The translations under genes and the position numbers were made by a program. The notes beneath the pieces are model-generated. The model was not told the DNA's origin. It saw only the letters and a program-made list of their open reading frames with translations, and did no database searches. Shown piece by piece: positions 10,055 to 19,524 of a DNA stretch of 64,000 nt; the stretch's first letter is position 1, and each line of letters begins with the position of its first letter. The stretch comes from a bacterium (candidate division B38) B3_B38 (lineage in GTDB: Bacteria; Acidobacteriota; B3-B38; Guanabaribacteriales; B3-B38), in assembly GCA_005223145.1 (NCBI GenBank), contig NJBL01000001.1:12477-76476 (forward strand), given 5' to 3'.

Positions 10055-11248
10055 CTATAGCTTCTCCTCCACAAAGCTATTCCAGGCGTGGCAATGAGGA
10101 CATCTCCAGAGCAGCTCGGTGGTCTTATAGTGACATTTCAGACATATATATGGGTCAAGAAAGAAGACCATCTCCCGTGAAGCATCGACATACTCCTCCA
10201 CTTTATCCCGCGGTAGTCCTTCCTCTAATAGCAACCTCCAGAAAAATTGGTGTACGGTCAGAGAGTGGGGATTAATGCGAGAAGCCTCCAGCAGCCAGCG
10301 ATAAGCCTTCTTGGCTTTCCCATTTTCCCTGTCATGCTCAGCAAGGGCTACCCTCACCCGCCAATCCTTCCGATTCTCCCCGGCTAACCGCACCAGAAGA
10401 GCTTCATACCTGTCAGGTTCTTCAACCATCTCATAAGCCTTCTTCAAGCGGTCTAACACCAGATATGACTTCAAGGGGGCAATAGCTATCAGCTTCTCCC
10501 AGTAGTTGATAGCCAGGGGAACCTCCCCACTTTCAAGATAAGCATCCCCCCGATTGATGTAGGCAGGATAGATAGTCGGGTCGGTCGAAATCGCCTTTTG
10601 AAATCTCTTGATGGCGCCTGGATAATCCTTCTCGCCAAGGGAGATAAGCCCCAGCTCATTTTGAATAAAACCTAATGCCATACGACTGGTAGAATACCCC
10701 ATCTGCAATACCTTCTCGTGGGCAGCATAGGCTTTCTCCCAATCCTTCAGCTCCTCATATAGTTCGGCGAGGTTGAGGTAGCCGTTTATGCTATCGGGGT
10801 CGCGCTGGATTAGCTCTTCGAAAATGCCGATGGCTCGGTCGATGATGCCCGCTTTTTTAAAATCTATCCCCAGACACAGCAGCGCCTGGTTGCGCTCCAC
10901 ATCGCTAAGATGGGAACGGTGGAGCACCCCCCTGTGAATCTGAATCGCTCGCTCCACATGACCCTTCTCCCGAAACAGGTTCCCCAGAGTGATAAAGACC
11001 TCCACCGTTTCACTGTCCAGCTTGGCTGCCTTTCCCAGCTCCAAAATGGCTAAATCGGTCTGGTTAGATATAAGATAGTTCAATCCCAATATGTAGTTAG
11101 TCGAACCTCGGCTCCCCTCCCGACGAAAGCCCGCTGGCTCCGGGCGTATAAACAAAGCCCATACTCTACCCAGCAGAACCCCCACCAGCAGGGCAATTAA
11201 TACATACCACAACATCCGACACCCCTTCCCTCCATACAGAGGGGGCAC
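10055..11248 (-). CDS. lapB: Lipopolysaccharide assembly protein B (TPR protein with C-terminal rubredoxin-like metal site)
   Basis: N-terminal TM helix, multiple TPR repeats, C-terminal CLKCHYKTT...RCPHCHAWNSF (Cx2C...Cx2C). Sits directly downstream of the lapA-like gene. Confidence 0.8.
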   Translation of the reverse strand: MPPLYGGKGCRMLWYVLIALLVGVLLGRVWALFIRPEPAGFRREGSRGSTNYILGLNYLISNQTDLAILELGKAAKLDSETVEVFITLGNLFREKGHVERAIQIHRGVLHRSHLSDVERNQALLCLGIDFKKAGIIDRAIGIFEELIQRDPDSINGYLNLAELYEELKDWEKAYAAHEKVLQMGYSTSRMALGFIQNELGLISLGEKDYPGAIKRFQKAISTDPTIYPAYINRGDAYLESGEVPLAINYWEKLIAIAPLKSYLVLDRLKKAYEMVEEPDRYEALLVRLAGENRKDWRVRVALAEHDRENGKAKKAYRWLLEASRINPHSLTVHQFFWRLLLEEGLPRDKVEEYVDASREMVFFLDPYICLKCHYKTTELLWRCPHCHAWNSFVEEKL

Positions 11249-11262
11249 GAAAGTTTGAGAGC

Positions 11263-11610
11263 TTATAACTCTTCTGTCAGCCTGTTTGGCTGATTCAGGT
11301 TCTCTTTTTCCCTCTCTATGCCCTCGGCAATAGGGAGATGCCTCAGGGAGTTGACTTCCTCCTCCAACCTTTTTATTTCCTGCCTCAACTGACGTTGGGT
11401 CAGCCTAAGCCTCATATTCTCAGCTAGCCCAATAATGCCGGCAATTATCACCCCAACCAGCAAAGAGGCAAGGATTATAAAAATCAAAGGGATATCCGGT
11501 AAGGTACGCCAATAGAGATTTAACGACACTGACTCCCCGGAGTTGAGCACCGCCAGAATAAGCAGGGCAAAAAAGAGGATAATTATTATTACGGCTCTCA
11601 AGATATTCAT
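11263..11610 (-). CDS. lapA: Lipopolysaccharide assembly protein A-like inner-membrane protein (DUF1049-like)
   Basis: Two TM helices followed by a short coiled-coil. Position immediately upstream of lapB. Confidence 0.6.
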   Translation of the reverse strand: MNILRAVIIIILFFALLILAVLNSGESVSLNLYWRTLPDIPLIFIILASLLVGVIIAGIIGLAENMRLRLTQRQLRQEIKRLEEEVNSLRHLPIAEGIEREKENLNQPNRLTEEL

Positions 11611-11633
11611 TAATCACCTCCTCTGAAAGGTTG

Positions 11634-12545
11634 TTAGTCGTGGGCTCTCTTTATTGTCTTCCACCGTTGATGCATCCAGGTCCATTGCTCGGGGTGCTTC
11701 CTGACAATATCTTCCAAAACAGTGGTATAGAGCTGGGTGTTGGCAACCAGCTCCTCCGCCCGCTTGCCGCTACGAAGGGGTGGCAAAGGGGGTCTAAAGG
11801 TAATCGTGAGGCTATTGTTTTTCTGACGTACAATAGAACCAATAATCACTTCCGCCTCGGATCGCAGAGCTAAAGAGGCAGCAGACGAAGGGGTGTAAGC
11901 AGGACGACCGAAGAAGTCGACAAAGACGCCCTTGACTCTGGTGTCCTGGTCAATTAAGAGCCCCATCACCTCCCCCTTTTTTATAACCCGAAGAATTGTC
12001 CGCCGGGCTGAAGGGTGGTGGCGATAAATTGTCTGCACTCCATATCTTTTCCGTATTCCGGCTACTACCCAGTTCAATCGGGGATCGTAAAGGGGAGCGG
12101 CAACCACCCACAGAGGGTAGCCTGCCGCAGCTACTGCCGCCGCCATGAACTCCCAGTTGCCTATATGCCCGGTGACCAGAAGGACCCCTTTCCCTCTCTG
12201 ATATGCACTCTGCATATGCTCCATCCCCTGAAAATGCACCTGCCGGAGGAGCTCCGAAGGTGAGACCCTGGAGAGCCAGAACAACTCAAAGAGGTTCCTC
12301 CCTTGATTGACGAATACCCTCCGGTTTATGCCTCGCAGCTCCTCGGCTGATTTCTCCCCCTGAAAAGCCAGCTCCAAATTTCTTATTGACTTTCGCCGTT
12401 CAGCCCTGAGAACACCGTAAGCAAGACGCCCCACCTGACCCCCCACCCAGAGGTTCCACCGGCGAGGTAAAAGCCATCCCACACCATTCACCACACGCAG
12501 CGAGTAGTATATAATAGACCTCAAGAAGCGCTTTTTTAGCTCCAT
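11634..12545 (-). CDS. Lipid A biosynthesis (Kdo2-lipid IVA) acyltransferase, LpxL/HtrB family
   Basis: Lysophospholipid-acyltransferase-type HIGNWE motif and N-terminal membrane anchor. 303 aa. Located within the kds/lap cluster. Confidence 0.75.
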   Translation of the reverse strand: MELKKRFLRSIIYYSLRVVNGVGWLLPRRWNLWVGGQVGRLAYGVLRAERRKSIRNLELAFQGEKSAEELRGINRRVFVNQGRNLFELFWLSRVSPSELLRQVHFQGMEHMQSAYQRGKGVLLVTGHIGNWEFMAAAVAAAGYPLWVVAAPLYDPRLNWVVAGIRKRYGVQTIYRHHPSARRTILRVIKKGEVMGLLIDQDTRVKGVFVDFFGRPAYTPSSAASLALRSEAEVIIGSIVRQKNNSLTITFRPPLPPLRSGKRAEELVANTQLYTTVLEDIVRKHPEQWTWMHQRWKTIKRAHD

Positions 12546-12557
12546 CAGTATTATTGC

Positions 12558-13091
12558 TTAGCTAAGAAACTCTTCCAGCATCGTATCCCACCTCCCCTGG
12601 GCTTGGAGGATGAGTTCAATCAGCTCCCGAACCGCCCCCCGCCCCCCAGTGGAGGTGGTCACCAGGTCCACCCTTTTTTTCACCTCGGGATGAGCATCAG
12701 CTACCGCCGCCGATAAGCCCACCCGCAACAGAATAGGGAGGTCGAGAATATCGTCGCCTATGTAGGCTACCTCCTCGTCCCGCAGGGAACACCTCCCTAA
12801 TATCTCCTTATATATCTCCACCTTGTTTATGACTCTTTGATGAACCTCCTCTATCTTCAACTCTTTAGCCCTCCGCTGGAGCGCCCCAGACTGCCGACCG
12901 CTAATAATGCCGGTCTTGATGCCTGCCATGCGGGCAAGCTCAATGCCGGCTCCGTCCTTGACATCAAAGGATTTCAACTCCATGTTCCCATCCCCATAGG
13001 TCACCTTTCCCTCGGTCAGAACCCCATCGGCGTCCATCAGGACGAGCTTAATCCGCCTGGCTTTGGCTGAGATTATCTGCGAAATCTCCAT
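12558..13091 (-). CDS. kdsC: 3-deoxy-D-manno-octulosonate 8-phosphate phosphatase (HAD family)
   Basis: HAD motif I (LVLMDADGVLTEG). 177 aa. Overlaps kdsA by 1 nt. Confidence 0.8.
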   Translation of the reverse strand: MEISQIISAKARRIKLVLMDADGVLTEGKVTYGDGNMELKSFDVKDGAGIELARMAGIKTGIISGRQSGALQRRAKELKIEEVHQRVINKVEIYKEILGRCSLRDEEVAYIGDDILDLPILLRVGLSAAVADAHPEVKKRVDLVTTSTGGRGAVRELIELILQAQGRWDTMLEEFLS

Positions 13092-13921
13092 CAGAACCCT
13101 TTCGCTAACCTGTCTATCTCCGTCAGTTTAGGCAAAAGGTGGGGGAGTAGTTCCAGCTTCAGGACGTTTGTCCCATCGGATAGAGCCTCCGAGGGGTCGT
13201 CGTGCACCTCCATAAACAGACCATCTATGCCAATGGCAAGACCCGCCCGGGCAAGGGGCTCAATGAACTGCGCCTCCCCACCTGAGGAATCACCCCGCCC
13301 ACCGGGGAGCTGGAGGCTGTGAGTCACATCGAAGATAACCGGATAGCCAAAGCCCTTAAGAATATGGAGGCTCTTCATATCAACCACCAGGTTATTGTAT
13401 CCGAAGGAGGTCCCCCTCTCGGTTATCATTACCCTCTCATTTCCTGTAGAGATGACTTTTTTGATGATATGTTCCATATCCCAGGGGGCTAAGAACTGCC
13501 CCTTCTTCACATTGACCACCCTTCCGCTTCGGGCAACAGCCAGTATTAGGTCGGTTTGTCGGCAGAGGAAGGCAGGTATCTGGATGATGTCCAGCACCTC
13601 GGCTGCCCGCTCCACCTGCCCCAGCTCGCTGACATCGGAAAGGAGAGGAAGAAGATGCTCCTCTTTAACCCGTTTTAAGATGCGCAGCCCCTCCTCCAAT
13701 CCCGGACCCCGGTAGGAAGCCAGGGAGGTGCGGTTTGCCTTGTCAAAAGAGGCTTTGAAGACAAAGGGTATGGACAGCTCATCTGCCACCGCCTTAATGC
13801 TGGCGGCGAGGCGGAGGGTATGCTCCTCGCTCTCTATCACGCAGGGTCCCGCTATCAGCACAAAGGGGGTATCCCCCCCTACTGTTAATTTGTCGGATAT
13901 GTTAACCTTTTTGGCTGGCAT
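13091..13921 (-). CDS. kdsA: 2-dehydro-3-deoxyphosphooctonate aldolase (Kdo-8-phosphate synthase)
   Basis: FVLIAGPCVIESEEH N-terminal signature of the DAHP/KDO8P synthase family. 276 aa. Confidence 0.9.
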   Translation of the reverse strand: MPAKKVNISDKLTVGGDTPFVLIAGPCVIESEEHTLRLAASIKAVADELSIPFVFKASFDKANRTSLASYRGPGLEEGLRILKRVKEEHLLPLLSDVSELGQVERAAEVLDIIQIPAFLCRQTDLILAVARSGRVVNVKKGQFLAPWDMEHIIKKVISTGNERVMITERGTSFGYNNLVVDMKSLHILKGFGYPVIFDVTHSLQLPGGRGDSSGGEAQFIEPLARAGLAIGIDGLFMEVHDDPSEALSDGTNVLKLELLPHLLPKLTEIDRLAKGF

Positions 13922-15540
13922 CAGTGATTGGAATGCTTTCTCCTTTGTCGATGGTCATAAGCGGCTTTGATAAAGTTGCTATAAAGGAGGTGGGGCTGAA
14001 GGGGCTTCGCCTTCCATTCGGGATGGAACTGGCAGGCGACAAACCATGGATGCTCCGTTAGCTCCACAATCTCCACATAGCGCTTATCCGGGGACTCGCC
14101 CACAATCCTCATCCCATTCTTAACCAACATCTCCTCGTACTCTCGGTTGAATTCGTAGCGATGGCGATGGCGTTCGTACACCTCCTCCTGCTGATAAGCT
14201 TCATAGGAAAAGGAGGGATTGGCAAGGCGACAGGGGTACTGTCCCAATCTCATAGTCCCTCCCATGTCCTTGACGCCTACCAGGTCCTTAAGGAGATGGA
14301 TCACCTTGTGAGGTGTCCGCTCATTGAACTCGGTACTGTCAGCGCCCTCCAGGTGGCAGACATTGCGGGCGAACTCTATCACCGAGCACTGCATCCCCAG
14401 GCATATGCCGAAGAAGGGAACATTATTCTCCCGGGCATAGCGTATGGTTTCTATCATCCCCAGAATACCCCTTTTCCCAAATCCACCCGGAACCAGAATA
14501 CCATCCACCTCCTCCAATCTGTAAAGGTTGATGCCCTTTTCAATATCCTCCGCTTCAATCCACTCTATGTTCACCTTTAAAGAGTGAGGGTAGCCTCCTT
14601 GTTTCAACGCTTCAATAAGGCTTTTATAAGAGTCCTGGAATCGGACATACTTCCCCACCACCCCGATAGTTGTCTCATCTGCAGGGTGCTTTATACTGTC
14701 AATTAGCGCCTCCCATTCCTTCAAATCTAAATAATGGTATGGGAGATTTAGGAGCTTAAGGACGATCCTGTCCAGACCTTCCTTGCGGAAGACCAGGGGA
14801 ACCTCGTAGATGCACCCCACATCCTTGGCAGTGATCACCGCCTCCTCAGATACATTGCAGAAGAGAGAAATTTTAGCTTTTATCTCAGGGGGGAGGAAGC
14901 GGTCGGTGCGGCAGAGGATAATATCGGGCTGAATACCGATCTCCCGGAGCTGCTTGACGCTGTGCTGGGTTGGCTTAGTTTTCAACTGCTCGGCGGTCTT
15001 TATATAGGGGACCAGAGTAAGATGGATGTTTATGGCATTGTGAGGACCCACCTCTTGCCTGAGCTGCCGAATAGCCTCCAGGAAGGGAAGACCTTCAATA
15101 TCCCCCACGGTCCCTCCTATCTCCACAATCTCTAAATCCACATCGTGGGAGATCTTGGTTATGGCTCTCTTTATCTCATCGGTAACATGAGGGATGACCT
15201 GCACCGTGTTCCCTAAAAATTCTCCTCTCCGCTCCTTGAGAATCAGCGTCTCGTAAATCTGTCCGCTGGTAAGATTGTGGTCTTTGGTAGTTTTGCAGTG
15301 GGTGAATCTCTCATAGTGCCCCAGGTCGAGGTCGGTTTCTGCTCCATCATTGGTGACATAGACCTCGCCATGCTGGAAAGGGCTCATGGTTCCGGGGTCA
15401 ACATTCAGGTAGGGGTCCAGCTTCTGAAGGGCAACCTTATAACCATGGCTCTCCATCAGACACCCTAACGAGGCAGAGGCCAGCCCCTTACCAAGAGAGG
15501 AGATGACCCCACCGGTCACAAATATGAATTTGGCTCCCAT
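13921..15540 (-). CDS. pyrG: CTP synthase
   Basis: MGAKFIFVTGGVISSLGKG N-terminus and C-terminal glutamine amidotransferase GICLGMQ. 539 aa. Confidence 0.95.
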   Translation of the reverse strand: MGAKFIFVTGGVISSLGKGLASASLGCLMESHGYKVALQKLDPYLNVDPGTMSPFQHGEVYVTNDGAETDLDLGHYERFTHCKTTKDHNLTSGQIYETLILKERRGEFLGNTVQVIPHVTDEIKRAITKISHDVDLEIVEIGGTVGDIEGLPFLEAIRQLRQEVGPHNAINIHLTLVPYIKTAEQLKTKPTQHSVKQLREIGIQPDIILCRTDRFLPPEIKAKISLFCNVSEEAVITAKDVGCIYEVPLVFRKEGLDRIVLKLLNLPYHYLDLKEWEALIDSIKHPADETTIGVVGKYVRFQDSYKSLIEALKQGGYPHSLKVNIEWIEAEDIEKGINLYRLEEVDGILVPGGFGKRGILGMIETIRYARENNVPFFGICLGMQCSVIEFARNVCHLEGADSTEFNERTPHKVIHLLKDLVGVKDMGGTMRLGQYPCRLANPSFSYEAYQQEEVYERHRHRYEFNREYEEMLVKNGMRIVGESPDKRYVEIVELTEHPWFVACQFHPEWKAKPLQPHLLYSNFIKAAYDHRQRRKHSNH

Positions 15541-15563
15541 TTTCTAATCCCTTTTATCTCCTT

Positions 15564-16367
15564 CTAAGTAAGTTGTGAAGAGCCCCCCATGGAACTCCTC
15601 TTGGATAGCCTCTCTTTAACCCAGCGGAGGTCTTGGGAAGTATCGATGCCCCTACTTGAACACTCGGCGGTAATCACCTTAATTTTATGCCCGTTTTCCA
15701 GAACTCTCAACTGCTCTAATCCCTCCAGCTCCTCCAGAGGGGAGGGTCCCCATCCGGCATAGCTCATCAGGAACTCCTTCCGATAGACATAGAGACCGAT
15801 GTGCCGGTAATAGCTGGAGAGCAGTTCCGGGTGTTCCATCAGAAACTTCTGATGGCTGAGTCCTTCTCTCCTCCCCTGCTGTATAAAAGGAAGCGGAAGC
15901 CGGGAGAAGTAGAGGGCATAATCCTCACGGTCGGTGACCACCTTCACAATATGGGGGTCAAAGAGGTCCTCCACCTTGTGCGCTCTGCTCTTTACAGTTA
16001 CCATCATTAGAGAGCTATCTCTAAGTAGGGGGGCAATAGCAAGGTCTATGACCTGAGGCTCCAGAAGGGGCTCATCCACCTGGATATTGACTATTATCTC
16101 GGCGTCAAGCTGGGCGGCTACCTCCACTACCCGGTCAGTTCCCGAGTGGTGTCTGGGTAAAGTCATACGAGCTTCCCCACCGAAGGCTTCTACAACCTCC
16201 AATATCTCGCGGTTATCGGTAGCCACAATAACCCTCTCCAGCAATGAAGCCTCCCTGGCTGCTTCGTAGACCCACTGTACCATAGGCTTCCCCCCAATGT
16301 CCAGCAGGGGCTTTCCAGGGAGTCTGGTGGAACCATATCGAGCAGGTATTATCCCTACCACCATCAT
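15564..16367 (-). CDS. kdsB: 3-deoxy-manno-octulosonate cytidylyltransferase (CMP-Kdo synthetase)
   Basis: VVGIIPARYGSTRLPGKPL nucleotidyltransferase N-terminus. 267 aa. Confidence 0.85.
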   Translation of the reverse strand: MMVVGIIPARYGSTRLPGKPLLDIGGKPMVQWVYEAAREASLLERVIVATDNREILEVVEAFGGEARMTLPRHHSGTDRVVEVAAQLDAEIIVNIQVDEPLLEPQVIDLAIAPLLRDSSLMMVTVKSRAHKVEDLFDPHIVKVVTDREDYALYFSRLPLPFIQQGRREGLSHQKFLMEHPELLSSYYRHIGLYVYRKEFLMSYAGWGPSPLEELEGLEQLRVLENGHKIKVITAECSSRGIDTSQDLRWVKERLSKRSSMGGSSQLT

Positions 16368-16623
16368 TTAGACCTCGCCTCTCCTTGCTTTTTTAACTGC
16401 TTCATTTACAAGCCCTTATTGCTAAATTTACTGAGCTAATATTAGCCTACTTTCCCTCCGATGTCAAATGAAAATTTCTCCCCCACTGCCGAAACAACCT
16501 TTGCAAAGGGGAAGGAACCAGATCCGAAAGACATCCGCCCAAAAGGGTGGACCGATGCGTTCCTTTAAAAATGGGAATCCCGGGGGGTCTCTCGCTGAAG
16601 GGTCTTTTTAATGAAAATAAACC

Positions 16624-16653
16624 TTGACAACTGTCTCTTCTTTTCTCTAATAT
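16624..16653 (+). promoter_or_regulatory. sigma70-like promoter (TTGACA-N18-TAATAT) upstream of the plus-strand lipid gene pair
   Basis: TTGACA at 16624-16629, TAATAT at 16648-16653. About 130 nt upstream of the CDP-alcohol phosphatidyltransferase ORF. Confidence 0.45.
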
Positions 16654-16783
16654 AAGTAAGGATGCTGGCGAAAGAGATGTGCGGTCCTCCTAAAAAATAT
16701 CGTCCTCAACTCTTTTTATGAGAGGAGGGAATTGTTTTTCCCTTTCTTCTCTTGCCTAAAGGGGGAACGCTCTTTTTCTTAAA

Positions 16784-17452
16784 ATGCTATGTGTCCCGAT
16801 GGGAAAGATGGGATATTCCTTTCTAAGAACCTTTTTTATAAGACCGCTCACTATAATAGGGAAAAAAGTAGGATGGCTTTTTGGGCAGATAAAGAGAATT
16901 ATGGTCCAGCTTCTTTCCCGGCTGGGCGTTAATCCCAATCTGCTGACCTTTCTGGGGCTGCCATTCAATTGCGGGGCGGCAATCGCCTTTGCCTACGGAA
17001 GAATCAGAACGGCGGGGGTGATAATTCTTCTGGCTGGTCTGTTCGACTGGCTCGATGGCGAGGTTGCTCGCATATCAGGGCGGGTGACCAAGTTCGGCTC
17101 CTTTTTTGATTCCGTCATCGACCGCTACTCCGATATGATCCTCCTGCTGGGGATAATCATATATTTCTCTAAAAAGGACCAGATCGGCTATATAGTGCTT
17201 ACCACCATTGTGATGATGGGAGCCCTACTGACCAGCTACACCCGTGCCCGGGCTGAGAACCTTATCCCCCGCTGTCAGGTGGGATTTATGCTCCGCCCTG
17301 AAAGGATTGTCACCCTGATAATCGGATGCCTGGCTAACCATCTGCTAACCGCCCTCTGGATTCTGGCAGTTATGGCCCAGTTAGCGGCGGTTCAGCGTAT
17401 ATATTACACTTGGAAGGAATTGCTCAAGCTTCCCCAAACTGATACTAATTAA
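16784..17452 (+). CDS. CDP-alcohol phosphatidyltransferase family protein
   Basis: D(x2)DG(x2)AR...G(x3)D(x3)D motif (DWLDGEVARISGRVTKFGSFFDSVIDRYSD). Multiple TM helices. Exact start uncertain. Confidence 0.7.
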   Translation: MLCVPMGKMGYSFLRTFFIRPLTIIGKKVGWLFGQIKRIMVQLLSRLGVNPNLLTFLGLPFNCGAAIAFAYGRIRTAGVIILLAGLFDWLDGEVARISGRVTKFGSFFDSVIDRYSDMILLLGIIIYFSKKDQIGYIVLTTIVMMGALLTSYTRARAENLIPRCQVGFMLRPERIVTLIIGCLANHLLTALWILAVMAQLAAVQRIYYTWKELLKLPQTDTN

Positions 17453-17493
17453 CGCTTTTCAGTCACCTTAAATATTAAGGGAAAGGAGATGAG

Positions 17494-19104
17494 ATGGCTA
17501 AGGCAACGGATTACAACGAGATAACACGCCAGGAAGAGATGGAGAAAAAAGGTGTAGAGCCCGTTACCCATACCTATCTGGGCTCGCTCATAAATCCGCT
17601 ACCCCGAGGTCTGCCCAAAACCATCTCCTCCCTGTGCCCTGAATGCTGCAAGGTAATCGAAGGTCGCCTCTTTGAGGAGAATGGGAAAGTCATTCTGGAA
17701 AAGGAGTGCCCGGTCCACGGTAGTTTCCGGGATATTTACTGGTCTGATGTCAATCTTTACCTGAAAGCCGAAAGGTGGACCTTCGGGGAGGGGCATGGGC
17801 TCACTAATCCCAAGGTGACCAAAGCCACCAAGTGCCCCCAGCAGTGCGGTATGTGTAACCTACACACCAGCCACGCAGCTCTGGGGAATGTCGACCTCAC
17901 CAACCGCTGCGACCTCACCTGCCCGGTCTGCTTTGCCAATTCCAATGTCGCCGGCTACATCTACGAGCCCTCCTTCGAGCAGATTCTGGTGATGTTAAAA
18001 GCCCTCCGCGATATGAAGCCGGTGAAGGCTCGGGCAGTACAGTTCTCCGGCGGAGAGCCCACCTTACATCCCAGGTTCTTAGATGCCCTGCGGGCAGCCA
18101 GGGATATGGGGTTCTCTCATATCCAGCTCGCCTCCAATGGCCTGAATCTGAGCGATCCTGAGTTTGCCATGAAGTGCGCCGAGGCGGGTCTGCACAACGT
18201 CTACCTTCAGCTTGACGGAGTGAGCGACGATATCTACCTCAAAACCAGGGGTCGACCCCTCCACGAGATAAAGCTCAAAGCCATAGATAGCCTCCGAAAG
18301 GCACACATAAAGGTCGTTTTCGTCCCCACCATTATTAAAGGGGTAAACGACCATGAGGTGGGCGACATCCTCAGATTAGCTATGGAAAACATAGACACGG
18401 TATCCGGCATCAGCTACCAGCCTGTGGCGTTTACCGGAAGGATAACCGAAAAGCAGAGGGAGAAGCAGCGTTACACCCTTTCTGACCTGGCTAAAGACCT
18501 TAGAGAGCAAACCGGGCTGTTCACCGACGACGACTGGTACCCCCTGTGCTCCACTGTCCCCTTCTCCCGATTCTTAATGGCGTTACGAGGGTTCAACTCG
18601 GTAAACATCACCTGCCATCCTCACTGCTCCTTGGCCACCTACCTCTTCTATAACCAGGACGACCCCTTCAACACTGCCAAACCGATCACCCAATTTGTCG
18701 ACATACCCAACATGCTCAAAGACCTGAACAAGCTGGCTGGAGAGGCCGGAAAGTCCCGCATTAAAGCCTTCTCCAAGATCAAAGCCTTTAATGCATTTCG
18801 TAAACACTACAAAAATGACCAAGCCCCCCGCGGACTCACATTCCCCAAATTTCTCGACCAGCTGGCCGGGTTGATGGATAAGGATATAGGCAGAGCGCGA
18901 GAAGGACATCAGAGAATGGCTCTAATGGTGGGGGGAATGCACTTTATGGACCTTTATAACTACGATGTGGAGCGGGTGAAAAGGTGCGTCATCCACTATG
19001 CCATCCCTGATGGGAGCCTCTATCCCTTCTGCACTTACAATTCCGGACCCTACTTCAGGGAGAGGATAGAAAAGAAGTTCTCCACCCCCTTGCCTGGCAA
19101 ATAG
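17494..19104 (+). CDS. Radical SAM protein with N-terminal CxxC zinc-ribbon-like region (COG1964 / tetraether-synthase-like family)
   Basis: Paired CxxC motifs (CPECC ... CPVHG ... CPQQCGMC) precede a radical-SAM CxxxCxxC (CDLTCPVCF). GGEP motif present. 536 aa. Immediately downstream of the CDP-alcohol phosphatidyltransferase. Confidence 0.7.
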   Translation: MAKATDYNEITRQEEMEKKGVEPVTHTYLGSLINPLPRGLPKTISSLCPECCKVIEGRLFEENGKVILEKECPVHGSFRDIYWSDVNLYLKAERWTFGEGHGLTNPKVTKATKCPQQCGMCNLHTSHAALGNVDLTNRCDLTCPVCFANSNVAGYIYEPSFEQILVMLKALRDMKPVKARAVQFSGGEPTLHPRFLDALRAARDMGFSHIQLASNGLNLSDPEFAMKCAEAGLHNVYLQLDGVSDDIYLKTRGRPLHEIKLKAIDSLRKAHIKVVFVPTIIKGVNDHEVGDILRLAMENIDTVSGISYQPVAFTGRITEKQREKQRYTLSDLAKDLREQTGLFTDDDWYPLCSTVPFSRFLMALRGFNSVNITCHPHCSLATYLFYNQDDPFNTAKPITQFVDIPNMLKDLNKLAGEAGKSRIKAFSKIKAFNAFRKHYKNDQAPRGLTFPKFLDQLAGLMDKDIGRAREGHQRMALMVGGMHFMDLYNYDVERVKRCVIHYAIPDGSLYPFCTYNSGPYFRERIEKKFSTPLPGK

Positions 19105-19412
19105 AAAAAAGGATTCCAATTCCCCAGAGTCGCCTCGCCTGAGAGTAGGGAGCCCCCCTATCTATGGAAATAAGGGTGGTTTGTCCAGGCTAATCAGGAC
19201 TTCCCCTAAAAATTAGGGTTAGCTGACGATAACTCTTTTATTATTTATATTTACATGAAACTGCAGCTGGAAAACTGAAAAGATAGCTCTAAAGAAGACT
19301 CAATATCGTTTGCGTCGTCAGTTAGGCAGAGCAGGGCTTTGGGAGAAATTAACCCAATCGTTGATACAGATGGGTACTCAAATGGTGGGTCCAATTTCTG
19401 TTCCATATAACC

Positions 19413-19441
19413 TTGACATTTATAAAATAGCTTGCTATAAT
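19413..19441 (+). promoter_or_regulatory. Consensus sigma70 promoter (TTGACA-N17-TATAAT)
   Basis: Perfect -35 at 19413-19418 and -10 at 19436-19441. An 8-bp inverted repeat CTTTCACA/TGTGAAAG (19444-19482) follows in the leader of the 19525 gene. Confidence 0.6.
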
Positions 19442-19524
19442 TTCTTTCACATTTAGAGGAAAAGGTCTTTCTTGTGTGAAAGGAGAAAAGGGGAACTAAT
19501 TTTTTAGACAGAGAGAAGAAGGTT

